Translations under genes and position numbers: made by a program
Source of the DNA: an uncultured Gammaproteobacteria bacterium
GTDB taxonomy: Bacteria > Patescibacteriota > Microgenomatia > UBA12405 > CAZGPK01
Assembly: GCA_964527115.1 (NCBI GenBank)
Contig: CAZGPK010000002.1
Span: 20,765 to 84,764, forward strand
Direction of reading: 5' to 3'
Length of the DNA: 64,000 nt
In this document: piece after piece, positions 49,045 to 58,811 of the stretch
How positions within the stretch are numbered: the first letter of the stretch is position 1
How the letters are laid out: every line of letters starts with the position of its first letter
The notes under the pieces: generated by a model
Database searches by the model: none
Seen by the model: the letters and a program-made list of their open reading frames with translations, nothing else
Told to the model about the DNA's origin: nothing

Positions 49045-49752
49045 CTATTTTACCTTTTTTTTAGATTTTTGCGATGATTGTGCGGAGAAAGGGAGAGAGG
49101 GGGAAAAGGGAAGAGAAAGAAGGAGCCAGTCAAGAACAAAGGGCCAAGAGACGTTGGTAGAGAGAATTTTTTGAGCTTGGAGGAGAGCTTTAATGATTTT
49201 TCCGGATAGGCGAGGATCGGATGGGTTAATCTTGGTTTGCCAGAAAGAAAGCTCTGTCTGGATAAAATTTTTTGGGTCAAGTTTTTTGGCCTCTGTTTGA
49301 GAAAAGGCGAGTCTTTTGGAGTCATCTTGGCTCATTAAGGGAGCAAGAAGGGAGGAAGAGACTACGGGAGGGGTGGGGGCAACTTTTATAATTTGGCAGC
49401 GAGAGAGAATGGTGGGAAGAAAGAAATCTTTTTGGGAGGCAAGTAGGAAGATATAGGTACCAAGAGGAGGGTCTTCTAGGGTTTTAAGGAGAGCATTTTG
49501 GGCCGGAGGGCGAAGCAGGTGGGCTTGGTGGATAATGACCAGGCGGGGCTGGTTTTGAAAACTTTTTTGGCTTAGGAAAGATTTTATTTGTCTTGTTTTG
49601 GCAATGTTTAAATCTTTTTCTTCTTCGAGTTTAAAAACATTAACCTGATTTTTCAAACTGCCTAGATTTTCTCGAGTGATAATTTTTTGGAGAGTTTTTT
49701 CTTGAATGGCTTTTTCTGGGTGGAGAATGAGGATTGAGCGGGAAGCTAGCAT
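49045..49752 (-). CDS. DNA polymerase III delta'-like subunit (clamp-loader accessory), N-terminally short
   Basis: RLVIIHQAHLLRPPAQNALLKTLEDPP and SRCQII box; no Walker A. Confidence 0.6.
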   Translation of the reverse strand: MLASRSILILHPEKAIQEKTLQKIITRENLGSLKNQVNVFKLEEEKDLNIAKTRQIKSFLSQKSFQNQPRLVIIHQAHLLRPPAQNALLKTLEDPPLGTYIFLLASQKDFFLPTILSRCQIIKVAPTPPVVSSSLLAPLMSQDDSKRLAFSQTEAKKLDPKNFIQTELSFWQTKINPSDPRLSGKIIKALLQAQKILSTNVSWPFVLDWLLLSLPFSPSLPFSAQSSQKSKKKVK

Positions 49753-49798
49753 TTGATCTATTTTACAGTAGGCCTGGTTTTTTGTACCATGAAGAGAG

Positions 49799-51565
49799 AT
49801 GGATAAGCCTGCCCCTAAGACAACTGAGAATCGGGATAAGAGAGCGGGGAAAGGTGCTTCTTTGGTAGATGTGCTGGTGGAAAATGGAGTTTTGACTCAA
49901 GAGCAGGCGGGAAAAGTACGATTGGAAATAATTAAAACCGGAGAAGAGGAGAAGGCAATTTTGAGAAGGTTAAGACTGGCAGACGAGAGTAGTTTAAACC
50001 AGGCTTGGGCAAAAGTGTTGAGGGTTCCCTTTGTCGATTTGGACAAAGAAGGATTTTCCCCCCAGGCTTTGACTTTTGTGCCACGAAGTGTGGCGGAGCG
50101 TTATACGTTACTCCCCTACTCTTTTGAGGCTCGGGATAAAACTTTGGGATTAGCGATGGCCAATCCGCTGGACCTGGAAACGGTGGAATTTTTGGAAAAG
50201 AAGACGGGGCTGAAGATAAAAGTGGCCTTGGCTTTGGAAAAACAGATTAAGGATAGCATTAAAGTTCGTTATGAGCAGGAATTGACTAGTCAGGTAACCG
50301 AGGCTTTAAAGGATACGGAGAAGAAAACTCAGGTAGTGGTGGGGAAAGATATTGGAAGGTCAATTAAAGAGGCGCCAATTGCCAAAATAGTGATGACAAT
50401 TTTGGAGTTTGCAATGAAATCACGGGCATCGGATGTGCATATCGAGCCGCAGGAGAGAAGTACACGGGTGCGTTATCGGATTGACGGTATTATGGTGGAG
50501 AAGCTTTTGTTACCCAAAAATGTGCACGATGCGGTGGTGAGTCGGATAAAGATTTTGTCGGACATGAAGATTGATGAGAAAAGAGTGCCACAGGACGGGC
50601 GTTTTTCTTTTTCGGCTGATGGGGAAAGTGTTGATTTGCGGGTTTCTACCGCACCTTCAATTCATGGAGAGAAGGTAGTGATGCGTCTTTTGAAAAAGGG
50701 TCAGGAAGCAGTGGAATTGGTTGATTTGGGACTCAGAGGACGGGCTTTGCGAAATTTGCGGGAGGCAGTAGATCGGCCGCACGGAATTGTGTTGGTTTGT
50801 GGGCCAACAGGATCGGGTAAAACAACGACTCTTTACTCTCTTTTGAGTAAACTGTCGACGATACGGGTTAATGTGATGACAGTGGAGGACCCGGTAGAAT
50901 ACGAGATTTTGGGGGTAACCCAGGTTCAGGTAAATGTACAGGCAGGACTGACCTTTGCTTCGGCTCTGCGGTCTTTTTTACGGCAAGACCCGGATATTAT
51001 TATGGTCGGGGAAATCCGCGATCAGGAGACGGCTGATTTGGCCATTAATGCTTCTTTAACCGGACATTTGGTTTTTTCTACGCTTCATACTAATGATGCT
51101 GCTGGAGCTCCGCCGCGTCTTATTGATATGGGGGCGGAGCCTTTTTTGCTGGTGAGTTCTTTGACCTGCGTGGCGGCCCAGCGGGTGCTTCGCAAGGTTT
51201 GCAGTCATTGTTCTCAGGAAATAGAAATAGCAGCGGAAATATTAACGGATATGAAAGAAGTTTTGGGGCCAATTTACGGGATGGTTTCCCAGAAATGGGA
51301 AAAGGAAGGGAAGCAGATGAAAATAAAGAAGCCAGTGGGGTGCGAGAAATGTGGAGAGACGGGATATATGGGGAGAATTGGTATTTTTGAGGTAATGCCG
51401 GTGAGTGAAAAGATAAGCCAGGCAATTATTAGCAAGGCGGCGGCGTCAGAGTTGCAAAAGTTGGCAATTGAGGAGGGAATGATGACAATGAAACAGGATG
51501 GTTATGTTAAAGTTTTAGAAGGGGTGACCACAATTGAAGAGGTATTGCGAGTGGCCCAATATTAA
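49799..51565 (+). CDS. pilB: type IV pilus assembly ATPase PilB (GspE family)
   Basis: N-terminal GspII_E domain, Walker A GPTGSGKTTT, Asp/His boxes, C4 Zn motif (CSHC...CEKCGETG). Confidence 0.9.
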   Translation: MDKPAPKTTENRDKRAGKGASLVDVLVENGVLTQEQAGKVRLEIIKTGEEEKAILRRLRLADESSLNQAWAKVLRVPFVDLDKEGFSPQALTFVPRSVAERYTLLPYSFEARDKTLGLAMANPLDLETVEFLEKKTGLKIKVALALEKQIKDSIKVRYEQELTSQVTEALKDTEKKTQVVVGKDIGRSIKEAPIAKIVMTILEFAMKSRASDVHIEPQERSTRVRYRIDGIMVEKLLLPKNVHDAVVSRIKILSDMKIDEKRVPQDGRFSFSADGESVDLRVSTAPSIHGEKVVMRLLKKGQEAVELVDLGLRGRALRNLREAVDRPHGIVLVCGPTGSGKTTTLYSLLSKLSTIRVNVMTVEDPVEYEILGVTQVQVNVQAGLTFASALRSFLRQDPDIIMVGEIRDQETADLAINASLTGHLVFSTLHTNDAAGAPPRLIDMGAEPFLLVSSLTCVAAQRVLRKVCSHCSQEIEIAAEILTDMKEVLGPIYGMVSQKWEKEGKQMKIKKPVGCEKCGETGYMGRIGIFEVMPVSEKISQAIISKAAASELQKLAIEEGMMTMKQDGYVKVLEGVTTIEEVLRVAQY

Positions 51566-51596
51566 AAATTGAAGGAGATGAAGGAGATAAAGAGAA

Positions 51597-52679
51597 ATGA
51601 ATCCAGTTGAAGCAAGAGCAGATCAGGAGTTGGCAAAGATTTTGGATTTGGCGGTTACGGCCAGAGCTTCGGATATTCATTTGGCGGCAGGTAGTGAACC
51701 TTGGATTAGGGTGAATGAAAAGTTGCAGGTTTTGGCGGCAATTAGTGTTTTAAGTCAAGAAAAAATTCTTGGTTGGATGAAGGTTTTATTGGATAAGCGC
51801 TGGGAGTTGTTAACGGAAAGACAGGAGTTTGATTTTTCTTTTTCCTGGAAAGAGGTGCGGTTGCGGGTAAATATTTACTGGCAAATGGGAGAGGTAGCAG
51901 TGGCGATGCGGCTTATCCCAATTCAGGTTCCTCCGCTTAGTGCTTTGGGTTTGCCTCCTATTTTGGAGCAGTTTTGTGCTCTTAAGCAGGGCTTGGTTCT
52001 TTTAACCGGGCCGACTGGTCATGGTAAGTCGACAACGGCGGCGGCAATGCTGGATTTTATTAACAAAAATGAGGCTCGGCATATAGTGACAGTGGAAGAC
52101 CCAGTGGAGTATGTGATTACTCCTAAAAAATCAATTGTTTCCCAAAGGGAGTTTTTGACCGATACGAAAAATTGGAATGCGGCTTTAAGGGCGGTTTTGC
52201 GTCAAGATCCGGATGTGGTGTTTGTGGGAGAGATGAGGGATTTGGAGACGATATCGGCAACTTTGACTATTGCCGAAACTGGACACTTGGTTTTTTCGAC
52301 ATTGCACACTAATTCAGCGGCCCAGACGATAGATAGAATAGTGGACGTTTTTCCCAAAGGAAGCAGGGATCAAATTGCGATGCAGTTGGCCGGGAGTTTG
52401 ACGGCGGTAATTTCACAGCGGCTTTTGCCCAATACCTCAAGGGGAATGATTCCGGCCTTTGAAATATTGGTGGCAACAAGTGCGGTGAGAACGGCAGTAA
52501 GAGAGGGAAAAACTCACATGATTGATAATATTATTCAAACTAGTGCTGAAGTGGGAATGATGGGACTGGAAAAAGGTTTAGCGGCCCTGGTTCGGTCAGG
52601 GGCGGTTAAGGAAGAGATAGCACTGACTTATTCACTTAAACCAGAGGAGTTTAGGCGTCAATTGAGATCGGGAGTTTAA
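51597..52679 (+). CDS. pilT: twitching motility retraction ATPase PilT
   Basis: GPTGHGKSTT; AIRNLIRE-like segment (AVRTAVREGK). Confidence 0.85.
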   Translation: MNPVEARADQELAKILDLAVTARASDIHLAAGSEPWIRVNEKLQVLAAISVLSQEKILGWMKVLLDKRWELLTERQEFDFSFSWKEVRLRVNIYWQMGEVAVAMRLIPIQVPPLSALGLPPILEQFCALKQGLVLLTGPTGHGKSTTAAAMLDFINKNEARHIVTVEDPVEYVITPKKSIVSQREFLTDTKNWNAALRAVLRQDPDVVFVGEMRDLETISATLTIAETGHLVFSTLHTNSAAQTIDRIVDVFPKGSRDQIAMQLAGSLTAVISQRLLPNTSRGMIPAFEILVATSAVRTAVREGKTHMIDNIIQTSAEVGMMGLEKGLAALVRSGAVKEEIALTYSLKPEEFRRQLRSGV

Positions 52680-52685
52680 AAAGTT

Positions 52686-53897
52686 ATGAAGAAATTTTTG
52701 TTTAAGGCGCGTGATTGGCAAGGGAAGCAGATAGAGAGTGAGGTGGAAGCGGGAGATATAGCGGCGGCGAGGCGCTTGATTTCCCAACAGAGTTTGGTTT
52801 TAACTAGAATAATAGAGAAAAAAGAGTCGGAGTTGGGGCGGATAGTAGCTCGGGTTTTGGGTCGAGTGAGTTTAAAGCAGGTGGTGAATTTTACCAGGCA
52901 ATTGGCAACAATGATGGTGTCGGGATTGCCGCTGACTGATTCCTTGGCTCTTTTAAAAGATCAGGCTAAGGCGGGAACAATGATGCATATCATTGTGGAT
53001 GATGCGCTTGAGCAGGTGCAGGGAGGGCAGCCTTTGGCAAGCGCTTTGGCTCGGCACGAAAAGACTTTTGGTGAGGCTTATGTAGCCACTATTCGGGCCG
53101 GGGAGAAGGGAGGGGTGATGGAGGAAGTGCTGCTGAAGCTTGCGGATAACATGGAAGATAAACAGGAGTTTGCCGGCAAGCTTAAGGGGGCGATGATTTA
53201 TCCGATAATTGTGTTGGTGGGGATGGTGGGGGTAATGCTGGTAATGATTATGGTGGTTATCCCTAAGCTTACCCAAATGTATGCTGATTTTGGAGGGGAG
53301 ATGCCACTGCCTACCCGAATTTTGATGGGGATTTCAACAATTATGTTAAAACTTTGGTTTTTACTGCCCCTTCTTCCGTTGGGTGGCTATTTCGGGTTGA
53401 GAGCAGCCAAGAAGATGCCGGGGTTTGAGCTTCGATGGGATCGGTTTAAATTTCGACTGCCGATTATGGGAAAGCTTAGAGAGAAGACGATCTTAGCGGA
53501 GGCGCATCGAACTTTGTCGATGTTGTTGACGGCAGGGGTGAGTCTTATCGAGTCTTTACGGGTAGTGGGCCAGGCGACAGGTAGTGCGCATTTTGAGGAG
53601 GCTTTTTTGAGGGTTTCGGAGAGGGTAGAGAAGGGTTTTTCTTTGGCTGATGCAATGGTAGAAACTCGGGCTTTTCCGGTAATTGTGACCCAGATGGCGG
53701 CAACCGGAGAGGAAACGGGGAAATTGGATGAGATTATGATGAAAGTATCTAACTATTTTAGTTCGGAAGCAGAGCAGGCGGTGAAAGGATTGACAAGCGC
53801 GATAGAGCCGCTTATCATGTTGGTATTAGGGTTGGGAGTTGGTTTTTTGGTAATCGCGGTGGTGATGCCAATTTATAACTTAACCAGCCAATTTTAA
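52686..53897 (+). CDS. pilC: type IV pilus platform protein PilC (GspF family)
   Basis: Duplicated GspF domains, three TM helices. Confidence 0.9.
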   Translation: MKKFLFKARDWQGKQIESEVEAGDIAAARRLISQQSLVLTRIIEKKESELGRIVARVLGRVSLKQVVNFTRQLATMMVSGLPLTDSLALLKDQAKAGTMMHIIVDDALEQVQGGQPLASALARHEKTFGEAYVATIRAGEKGGVMEEVLLKLADNMEDKQEFAGKLKGAMIYPIIVLVGMVGVMLVMIMVVIPKLTQMYADFGGEMPLPTRILMGISTIMLKLWFLLPLLPLGGYFGLRAAKKMPGFELRWDRFKFRLPIMGKLREKTILAEAHRTLSMLLTAGVSLIESLRVVGQATGSAHFEEAFLRVSERVEKGFSLADAMVETRAFPVIVTQMAATGEETGKLDEIMMKVSNYFSSEAEQAVKGLTSAIEPLIMLVLGLGVGFLVIAVVMPIYNLTSQF

Positions 53898-53916
53898 AAG
53901 ATTAAAAAATAAAACC

Positions 53917-54609
53917 ATGAAAAGAATGTACAAGACGGGTTTCACCTTAGTTGAGCTTTTGATTGTTATTGCCCTGATCGCCATTCTTTCAGTGGCAGTT
54001 TTGGCGACTATTAACCCAATTGAGCAGGCGAATAAGGCAAGGGATGCCAGAGTACAAAATGATGCGGCAGAGGTAATGAATGCTTATGAGAGGTATTACA
54101 CTACGGATCAGGAGTATCCATGGATGCAGTTTACGGAAGCTACTGCAATTACAGTAGACGATCCTGTTTTTTATAGATCTGACATGGCAGGATTTGGGAT
54201 TTGTTATGCGGCGACAAGTGGTGCGTCAACGGCTGATGGTACCTGTAACACCAGCGGAACGGATTTGGGATTATTGATTGCTTCAGATGAGTTGAAAACG
54301 TCGTTTGCTGGGAAAGATGAGTTTACTACGCCTGGGGATAACAACGAGAATGCGCTGTATACTTTTAAGCAATCTGGTTCTGGTGGCGGTGTTTACGTTT
54401 GTTATGTACCAAAGGCTAAGTCAAACAGAAGGCAGGCCGATAAGCTTTACTGTATTAGCTCCGGTTTTGGGCTAGATGCTGCTGGCACCTTGGTTAAGGC
54501 ATCTGCAAGTGGAGCGGATACCTGTGTTGCTTTGGATGAGACTTCTGCTGACTGGTCTACTCCAACGTTTACAGGGACGAGTGGAATGTTCTTGTGTGTG
54601 CCGGAGTAA
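53917..54609 (+). CDS. type IV major pilin (prepilin, class III signal)
   Basis: MKRMYKTG|FTLVELLIVIALIAIL leader with G-1/F+1/E+5; followed by a strong terminator. Confidence 0.8.
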   Translation: MKRMYKTGFTLVELLIVIALIAILSVAVLATINPIEQANKARDARVQNDAAEVMNAYERYYTTDQEYPWMQFTEATAITVDDPVFYRSDMAGFGICYAATSGASTADGTCNTSGTDLGLLIASDELKTSFAGKDEFTTPGDNNENALYTFKQSGSGGGVYVCYVPKAKSNRRQADKLYCISSGFGLDAAGTLVKASASGADTCVALDETSADWSTPTFTGTSGMFLCVPE

Positions 54610-54631
54610 AAGTTTCTTTACTTGAATCTTA

Positions 54632-54657
54632 AGCCCCGCTTTTGGCGGGGCTTTTTG
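54632..54657 (+). terminator. rho-independent terminator after the major pilin gene
   Basis: AGCCCCGC-TTTTG-GCGGGGCT stem-loop followed by TTTTT. Confidence 0.7.
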
Positions 54658-54686
54658 TTTCTTTTGATTTTCCAGTATCATGGGAT

Positions 54687-55433
54687 ATGGAAGAGATTGT
54701 TTTTATTTTAGGATGGGTGTTTTTGGGTTTGGCTTGGGGTAGTTTTGCCAATGTTTTGCAGGCTGGGGGTGGGAGAAAAAAGCTTTTGGGGAGAAGTGTT
54801 TGTGATGGTTGTGGAAAAAGGCTTAATTGGTGGGAGAATGTGCCGGTTTTGTCTTGGGCTTTTTTGAGAGGGAAAAGTCTTTGTTGTCAGAGTCCCCTGC
54901 CCTGGCAGTATCCTTTGGTAGAGCTTTTATCAGGGCTCTCTTTTGGGGTTTGGAGCAGTAAGTTTGGTGGTTTTACCGGAGTTGATTTTTGGAGTTTGCT
55001 GGTGGTGGGAATTTTGGTTTTGGTGTTGGCTTGGGATTTGTGGCAGATGATTATCCCCGATTGGAGTTTGCTTTTTCTTTTTGGTTTGACCTTGGTCGGG
55101 TTGGGGGCGGGGTTTTTAAGGGTGGAATGGGTGGAGGCATTGGGGGCAGGACTGGGGGCTTTGGGATTTTTCTTGGGTTTGTGGTTTTTAACACGAGGAA
55201 AAGGAATGGGGATGGGAGATGTAAAAATGGCTGGAGTGATGGGTATTTTTTTGGGGTTTGAAGGAGTGGCCTGGGCTTTATGGCTTGCTTTTGTGAGTGG
55301 AGCTTTATTGGGACTTTTTTTAATGGTTCTTGGCCGGGCCGGAAGAAAGACAGCTTTGCCGTTTGGCCCTTTTTTAATTTTTGGTTGGCTCTTGGCTTGG
55401 CTTGGGCCAAGGGTTTATACTTTTTGGAGATGA
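54687..55433 (+). CDS. pilD: prepilin peptidase PilD (A24 family)
   Basis: The listed ORF starts at 54642 inside the terminator; the likely start is the ATG at 54687 (MEEIVFILGWVFLGLAWGSFANV). Cys box CDGCGKRL...CC; polytopic. Confidence 0.8.
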   Translation: MEEIVFILGWVFLGLAWGSFANVLQAGGGRKKLLGRSVCDGCGKRLNWWENVPVLSWAFLRGKSLCCQSPLPWQYPLVELLSGLSFGVWSSKFGGFTGVDFWSLLVVGILVLVLAWDLWQMIIPDWSLLFLFGLTLVGLGAGFLRVEWVEALGAGLGALGFFLGLWFLTRGKGMGMGDVKMAGVMGIFLGFEGVAWALWLAFVSGALLGLFLMVLGRAGRKTALPFGPFLIFGWLLAWLGPRVYTFWR

Positions 55434-56071
55434 AGAAGAGACAAAAGGGAGTTTCTTACATTGAAGTTTTGTTGGCGATGACAATTTTGGGAATTTTGGC
55501 CTTTATGGCAATGGGAGGGATTAATTTTTTGAAAAATATTTTTAAGGCTGATGATGCTCGGCGAAAGAACGATTTAGTGCTTTTGAAGGTAGCAATGGAG
55601 GGATATTTTGATGATCGAGGTTGTTATCCTGGATTGGCGATGGCGGCACAAATGAATCAGGAGGCGGCTTGTGGAGGTGAGATATTAAGTCCATATATGC
55701 CCCGTTTTCTTTGCGAAAAAGGGAAGACTCCGTATTTTTTGGAAGTGGAGGATAGCCTTTGTCCGAAATGGTTTCGTTTTATGGTGAATTTGGATAATGT
55801 AAATGATCCGGTTTTAGAAGAAGGTGGTTGTGGGGCGGATGGTTGTCCACTGAGAGTTAAGGTGCCTGAGGGGACGGAGGTGATAAGTCCCAATTATGGA
55901 GTGTCTTCGGACAATATTTCTTGGACAGAGATTGGCAATATTTGTGGGGTAACCTGTGCGTATTTCAATCCCGAGAGCCGCACTTGTGACCACGTTACTC
56001 ACTGTGTGACGGGATGTTATAGTGATTACGGCTGTACACCTGGTTGCGAGGTGAGCAGTTGTACCGACTAG
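55430..56071 (+). CDS. prepilin-type minor pilin / pseudopilin
   Basis: The real start is the internal MKKRQKG|VSYIEVLLAMTIL of the listed 55280 ORF, overlapping the pilD stop (ATGA). The C-terminal globular part is Cys-rich. Confidence 0.65.
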   Translation: MKKRQKGVSYIEVLLAMTILGILAFMAMGGINFLKNIFKADDARRKNDLVLLKVAMEGYFDDRGCYPGLAMAAQMNQEAACGGEILSPYMPRFLCEKGKTPYFLEVEDSLCPKWFRFMVNLDNVNDPVLEEGGCGADGCPLRVKVPEGTEVISPNYGVSSDNISWTEIGNICGVTCAYFNPESRTCDHVTHCVTGCYSDYGCTPGCEVSSCTD

Positions 56072-56092
56072 TATGTTATGCTTTTAGAATAA

Positions 56093-56575
56093 ATGTTTTT
56101 TAAGAGAATTTGGCAAGAGTTGAGGAGAAAGGGGGCCTTTACGCTGGTAGAGCTTTTGTTGGTGATTGCAATTTTGGGAATTTTAGCGGCAATTTCAGCT
56201 GGTCAGTTTGTTAATGCTCAGAGAAAAGCCAGAGATGCCCAGAGAAAAACAGATTTGGGGAGTGTGCAGAGGGCGCTGGAGATGTATTTTGCTGATTATA
56301 GTGCTTTCCCGGCAGAGGAAGATATTGGTGGAATTTGGGGAGGAGAATTTAGTGATGGACAGACGATTTACATGAAAGTTTTGCCGGTAGCTCCTGGGGC
56401 TTTTCCCTACTGTTACGTGGTTTCAGGAGATGGAATGGCTTATGGCCTTTTTGCCGTTTTAGAGAATTGCCCCGATGGGGTGAGCTATGCTGTTAATACT
56501 TGCTCGTCTACCACCCAGTATTGTTGGGCAGTAACCAGTCCTAACACTAATGCCGATGAGGCTAAAAGCTTTTAA
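56093..56575 (+). CDS. prepilin-type pilin-like protein
   Basis: RRKGAFTLVELLLVIAILGILAAI N-terminal class III signal. Confidence 0.7.
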   Translation: MFFKRIWQELRRKGAFTLVELLLVIAILGILAAISAGQFVNAQRKARDAQRKTDLGSVQRALEMYFADYSAFPAEEDIGGIWGGEFSDGQTIYMKVLPVAPGAFPYCYVVSGDGMAYGLFAVLENCPDGVSYAVNTCSSTTQYCWAVTSPNTNADEAKSF

Positions 56576-56577
56576 AA

Positions 56578-57009
56578 ATGAAAATCAAAATGAAAAACAG
56601 CAGACAGGGTTTTAGTTTAATTGAGCTTTTGGTGGTGATTTTTATTATTGGAGTTTTGGCGGGAGTAGTTTTTCCAAACTTTATGGGAGCACGGGAGAGG
56701 GCACGGGATGCCAGGCGAAAGCAGGATTTAGAGTCGGTTAAAAATGCTTTGAGGATTTATTACAACGACAATCAGGCCTACCCTACTCCCGGGGTGGGAG
56801 GGGCGCTTAATTTATCTACCAGCTATATTGGTCAGATGCCAAGCGACCCTTTGGGAACAAGTTATGCTTATAGCTCCACTAGCCCTTATGATAGGTTTAT
56901 GTTGTCGGCCAGACTGGAGAATGGATCGGATCAGGATATTGGTACGTCTCAGGCCCGTTGCGGGTACCCAGTGCCGACGCCGAGTGTATTTATGATTTGT
57001 GGAAATTAA
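56578..57009 (+). CDS. prepilin-type pilin-like protein
   Basis: NSRQG|FSLIELLVVIFIIGVLAG. Confidence 0.75.
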   Translation: MKIKMKNSRQGFSLIELLVVIFIIGVLAGVVFPNFMGARERARDARRKQDLESVKNALRIYYNDNQAYPTPGVGGALNLSTSYIGQMPSDPLGTSYAYSSTSPYDRFMLSARLENGSDQDIGTSQARCGYPVPTPSVFMICGN

Positions 57010-57028
57010 TTTTTAAAAATTAGAAAAG

Positions 57029-57469
57029 ATGACAAAAAATAATTTTAAAAGAGGTTTTACTTTGTTTGAACTTTTGGTATCTATTTCTATTATTGGTATT
57101 TTGATGGCAGTTTCCACTGTGGCTTTTAGCAATGCCCAGAGGAAAAGCCGGGACGCCAGGCGGCGAGAAGATATGCAGGCGATACAGAAGGCTTTTGAGC
57201 AGCACTATGCGGATAGTGGTTATGTTTATGACGGTGTTTCCGCAAATTGTGCCACAATATTGGCAGATACCAGTGTTTTGCCAGCCGGGGCACCAATAGA
57301 CCCCAAAAATTCAGGTAGTTATATTTATAGTTTTACCGGGTCTTGTGACATAGTAAATAACACTTATTGTGTTTGTGCCCTTTTAGAGCAGGCAGGGACG
57401 GGTAATTCCGGAGCAAGTTGCGCTTGGGCTACTGGGGGTAATTATTACTGTGTACAAAGCGTGCAATGA
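57029..57469 (+). CDS. prepilin-type pilin-like protein
   Basis: NFKRG|FTLFELLVSISIIGILMA. Confidence 0.75.
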   Translation: MTKNNFKRGFTLFELLVSISIIGILMAVSTVAFSNAQRKSRDARRREDMQAIQKAFEQHYADSGYVYDGVSANCATILADTSVLPAGAPIDPKNSGSYIYSFTGSCDIVNNTYCVCALLEQAGTGNSGASCAWATGGNYYCVQSVQ

Positions 57470-57876
57470 AGAGAAAAACTTTGGGATTTAGTTTAATTGA
57501 GCTTTTGGTGGCGGTGACGATCATGATTGTTATTTCGGCGGTAGGGACGATTAGCTATCGAAGTAGCAGTCTTTCGGCGCGGAATAACCGGAGAAGAGCT
57601 GATTTGGAGCAGGTGCGGATGGCCTTGGAGCTTTATCGGGAGGAGATAGGAGTATATCCCAATGTGACTAGTATGACACTTTTGGAAGGAGTATTGGAGA
57701 CAACTTATATAAAGGAGATGCCGGTCGATCCCAAAGATAGCTTTGTTTATGCCTATTCGTACGTTGATCCTTACAATTATACGATTTGTGCTTACCTGGA
57801 GGGAGAGGCAGCAGGCAGTTATTGCGGTAGTGCTTGTGGAGTGAGTGGGTGTAATTATCGAGTGAGTAATCCTTAA
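57466..57876 (+). CDS. prepilin-type pilin-like protein
   Basis: KTLG|FSLIELLVAVTIMIVIS. Confidence 0.75.
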   Translation: MKRKTLGFSLIELLVAVTIMIVISAVGTISYRSSSLSARNNRRRADLEQVRMALELYREEIGVYPNVTSMTLLEGVLETTYIKEMPVDPKDSFVYAYSYVDPYNYTICAYLEGEAAGSYCGSACGVSGCNYRVSNP

Positions 57877-57880
57877 AAAA

Positions 57881-58378
57881 ATGAAAAGGAATGATGGTTT
57901 CAGCTTAGTGGAGCTTTTGGTGGCAAGTCTTTTGGTGATTATTTTGACAATGGTGGGGATAGGTAACTGGCGGCGCTTTCAGGCGCGAGCAGAGCTGGGA
58001 GTGGCGGCTGATCAATTGGTGACCCAATTAAGATTAGTACGGGGGCGGGCAACGGCGGTAGAGAAGCCTGCGGGATGTGTGACCTTAAATCGGTGGAATT
58101 TGGGTTTTAATGCTGGGACGGCCCGATTGACTATGTGGGCGGATTGTTTAGATGTCGGTGGGAATTCAATTCAGACAGGGCATAAGGAGGAGGAATGGGT
58201 TTTGGGGCAAGTGACGGTGTCGCCAGCAACAGGGACGCTTTATTTTATCCCTTTAACCGGTAATCGGGTGGAGGTTACTGGAAATTTGACGGCAACTTTG
58301 TCTTCGCCAAGCTATAGCAGTGAAAGCAAGAGGGTGACGCTGAGTGATTGGGGAGATATCCAGATTGAGGTGATTTAA
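57881..58378 (+). CDS. prepilin-type pilin-like protein
   Basis: KRNDG|FSLVELLVASLLVIIL. Confidence 0.75.
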   Translation: MKRNDGFSLVELLVASLLVIILTMVGIGNWRRFQARAELGVAADQLVTQLRLVRGRATAVEKPAGCVTLNRWNLGFNAGTARLTMWADCLDVGGNSIQTGHKEEEWVLGQVTVSPATGTLYFIPLTGNRVEVTGNLTATLSSPSYSSESKRVTLSDWGDIQIEVI

Positions 58379-58409
58379 TTAGCTATCCCCTACCCCAGAT
58401 GAGAAATTC

Positions 58410-58811
58410 TTGCTAAATTTAGGTGTGAGAGATTTTAAGAAAGGTACCGGATTGATAGAGTTGGTTTTTGTATTGGGCATGGTTTTGTTGTTTTTGACAG
58501 GGATTGTGACCCTTTCTCTTTCCAGTCTGGGAGTAAAAAACAAGAATACGGCTCAGGAGGAGACGACCCGAATGGCCAAGAAAGTAATGGTGGATCTGGT
58601 GGCCCTAAGAGAAACGGATAGGGCAGCCTTTTGGGCTAAGAGTGGATCGGAAGATTGTGGCGATGGGACAAATTTTCCTGATCTTTTGTGCGAGATAACT
58701 TATGTTGCCGGAAGTTGTAGCCCCAACCGCTGTGTGACAGTGGGGGTGGTAGTGACGGATGAAAATGGAGAGTTTGAAGCTAGAGTTGCTCGTTTTTTTA
58801 GTGATAAATGA
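58410..58811 (+). CDS. divergent pilin-like protein
   Basis: KKGTGLIELVFVLGMVLLF: degenerate class III signal, hydrophobic N-helix. Confidence 0.4.
   Translation: MLNLGVRDFKKGTGLIELVFVLGMVLLFLTGIVTLSLSSLGVKNKNTAQEETTRMAKKVMVDLVALRETDRAAFWAKSGSEDCGDGTNFPDLLCEITYVAGSCSPNRCVTVGVVVTDENGEFEARVARFFSDK

Noticed and set aside
54642-54686. Listed pilD start at 54642
   Set aside because: It would place the start codon inside the major-pilin terminator hairpin; the conserved PilD N-terminus begins at the Met at 54687.
54989-55410. Gly-rich + ORF (54989..55261) and Pro/Lys-rich - ORF (55051..55410) within pilD
   Set aside because: Alternative-frame and antisense artefacts of the pilD coding sequence; low-complexity translations.
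55280-55429. N-terminal 50 codons of the listed ORF 55280..56071
   Set aside because: This part overlaps pilD in another frame; the real gene starts at the internal Met 55430 with a prepilin leader.
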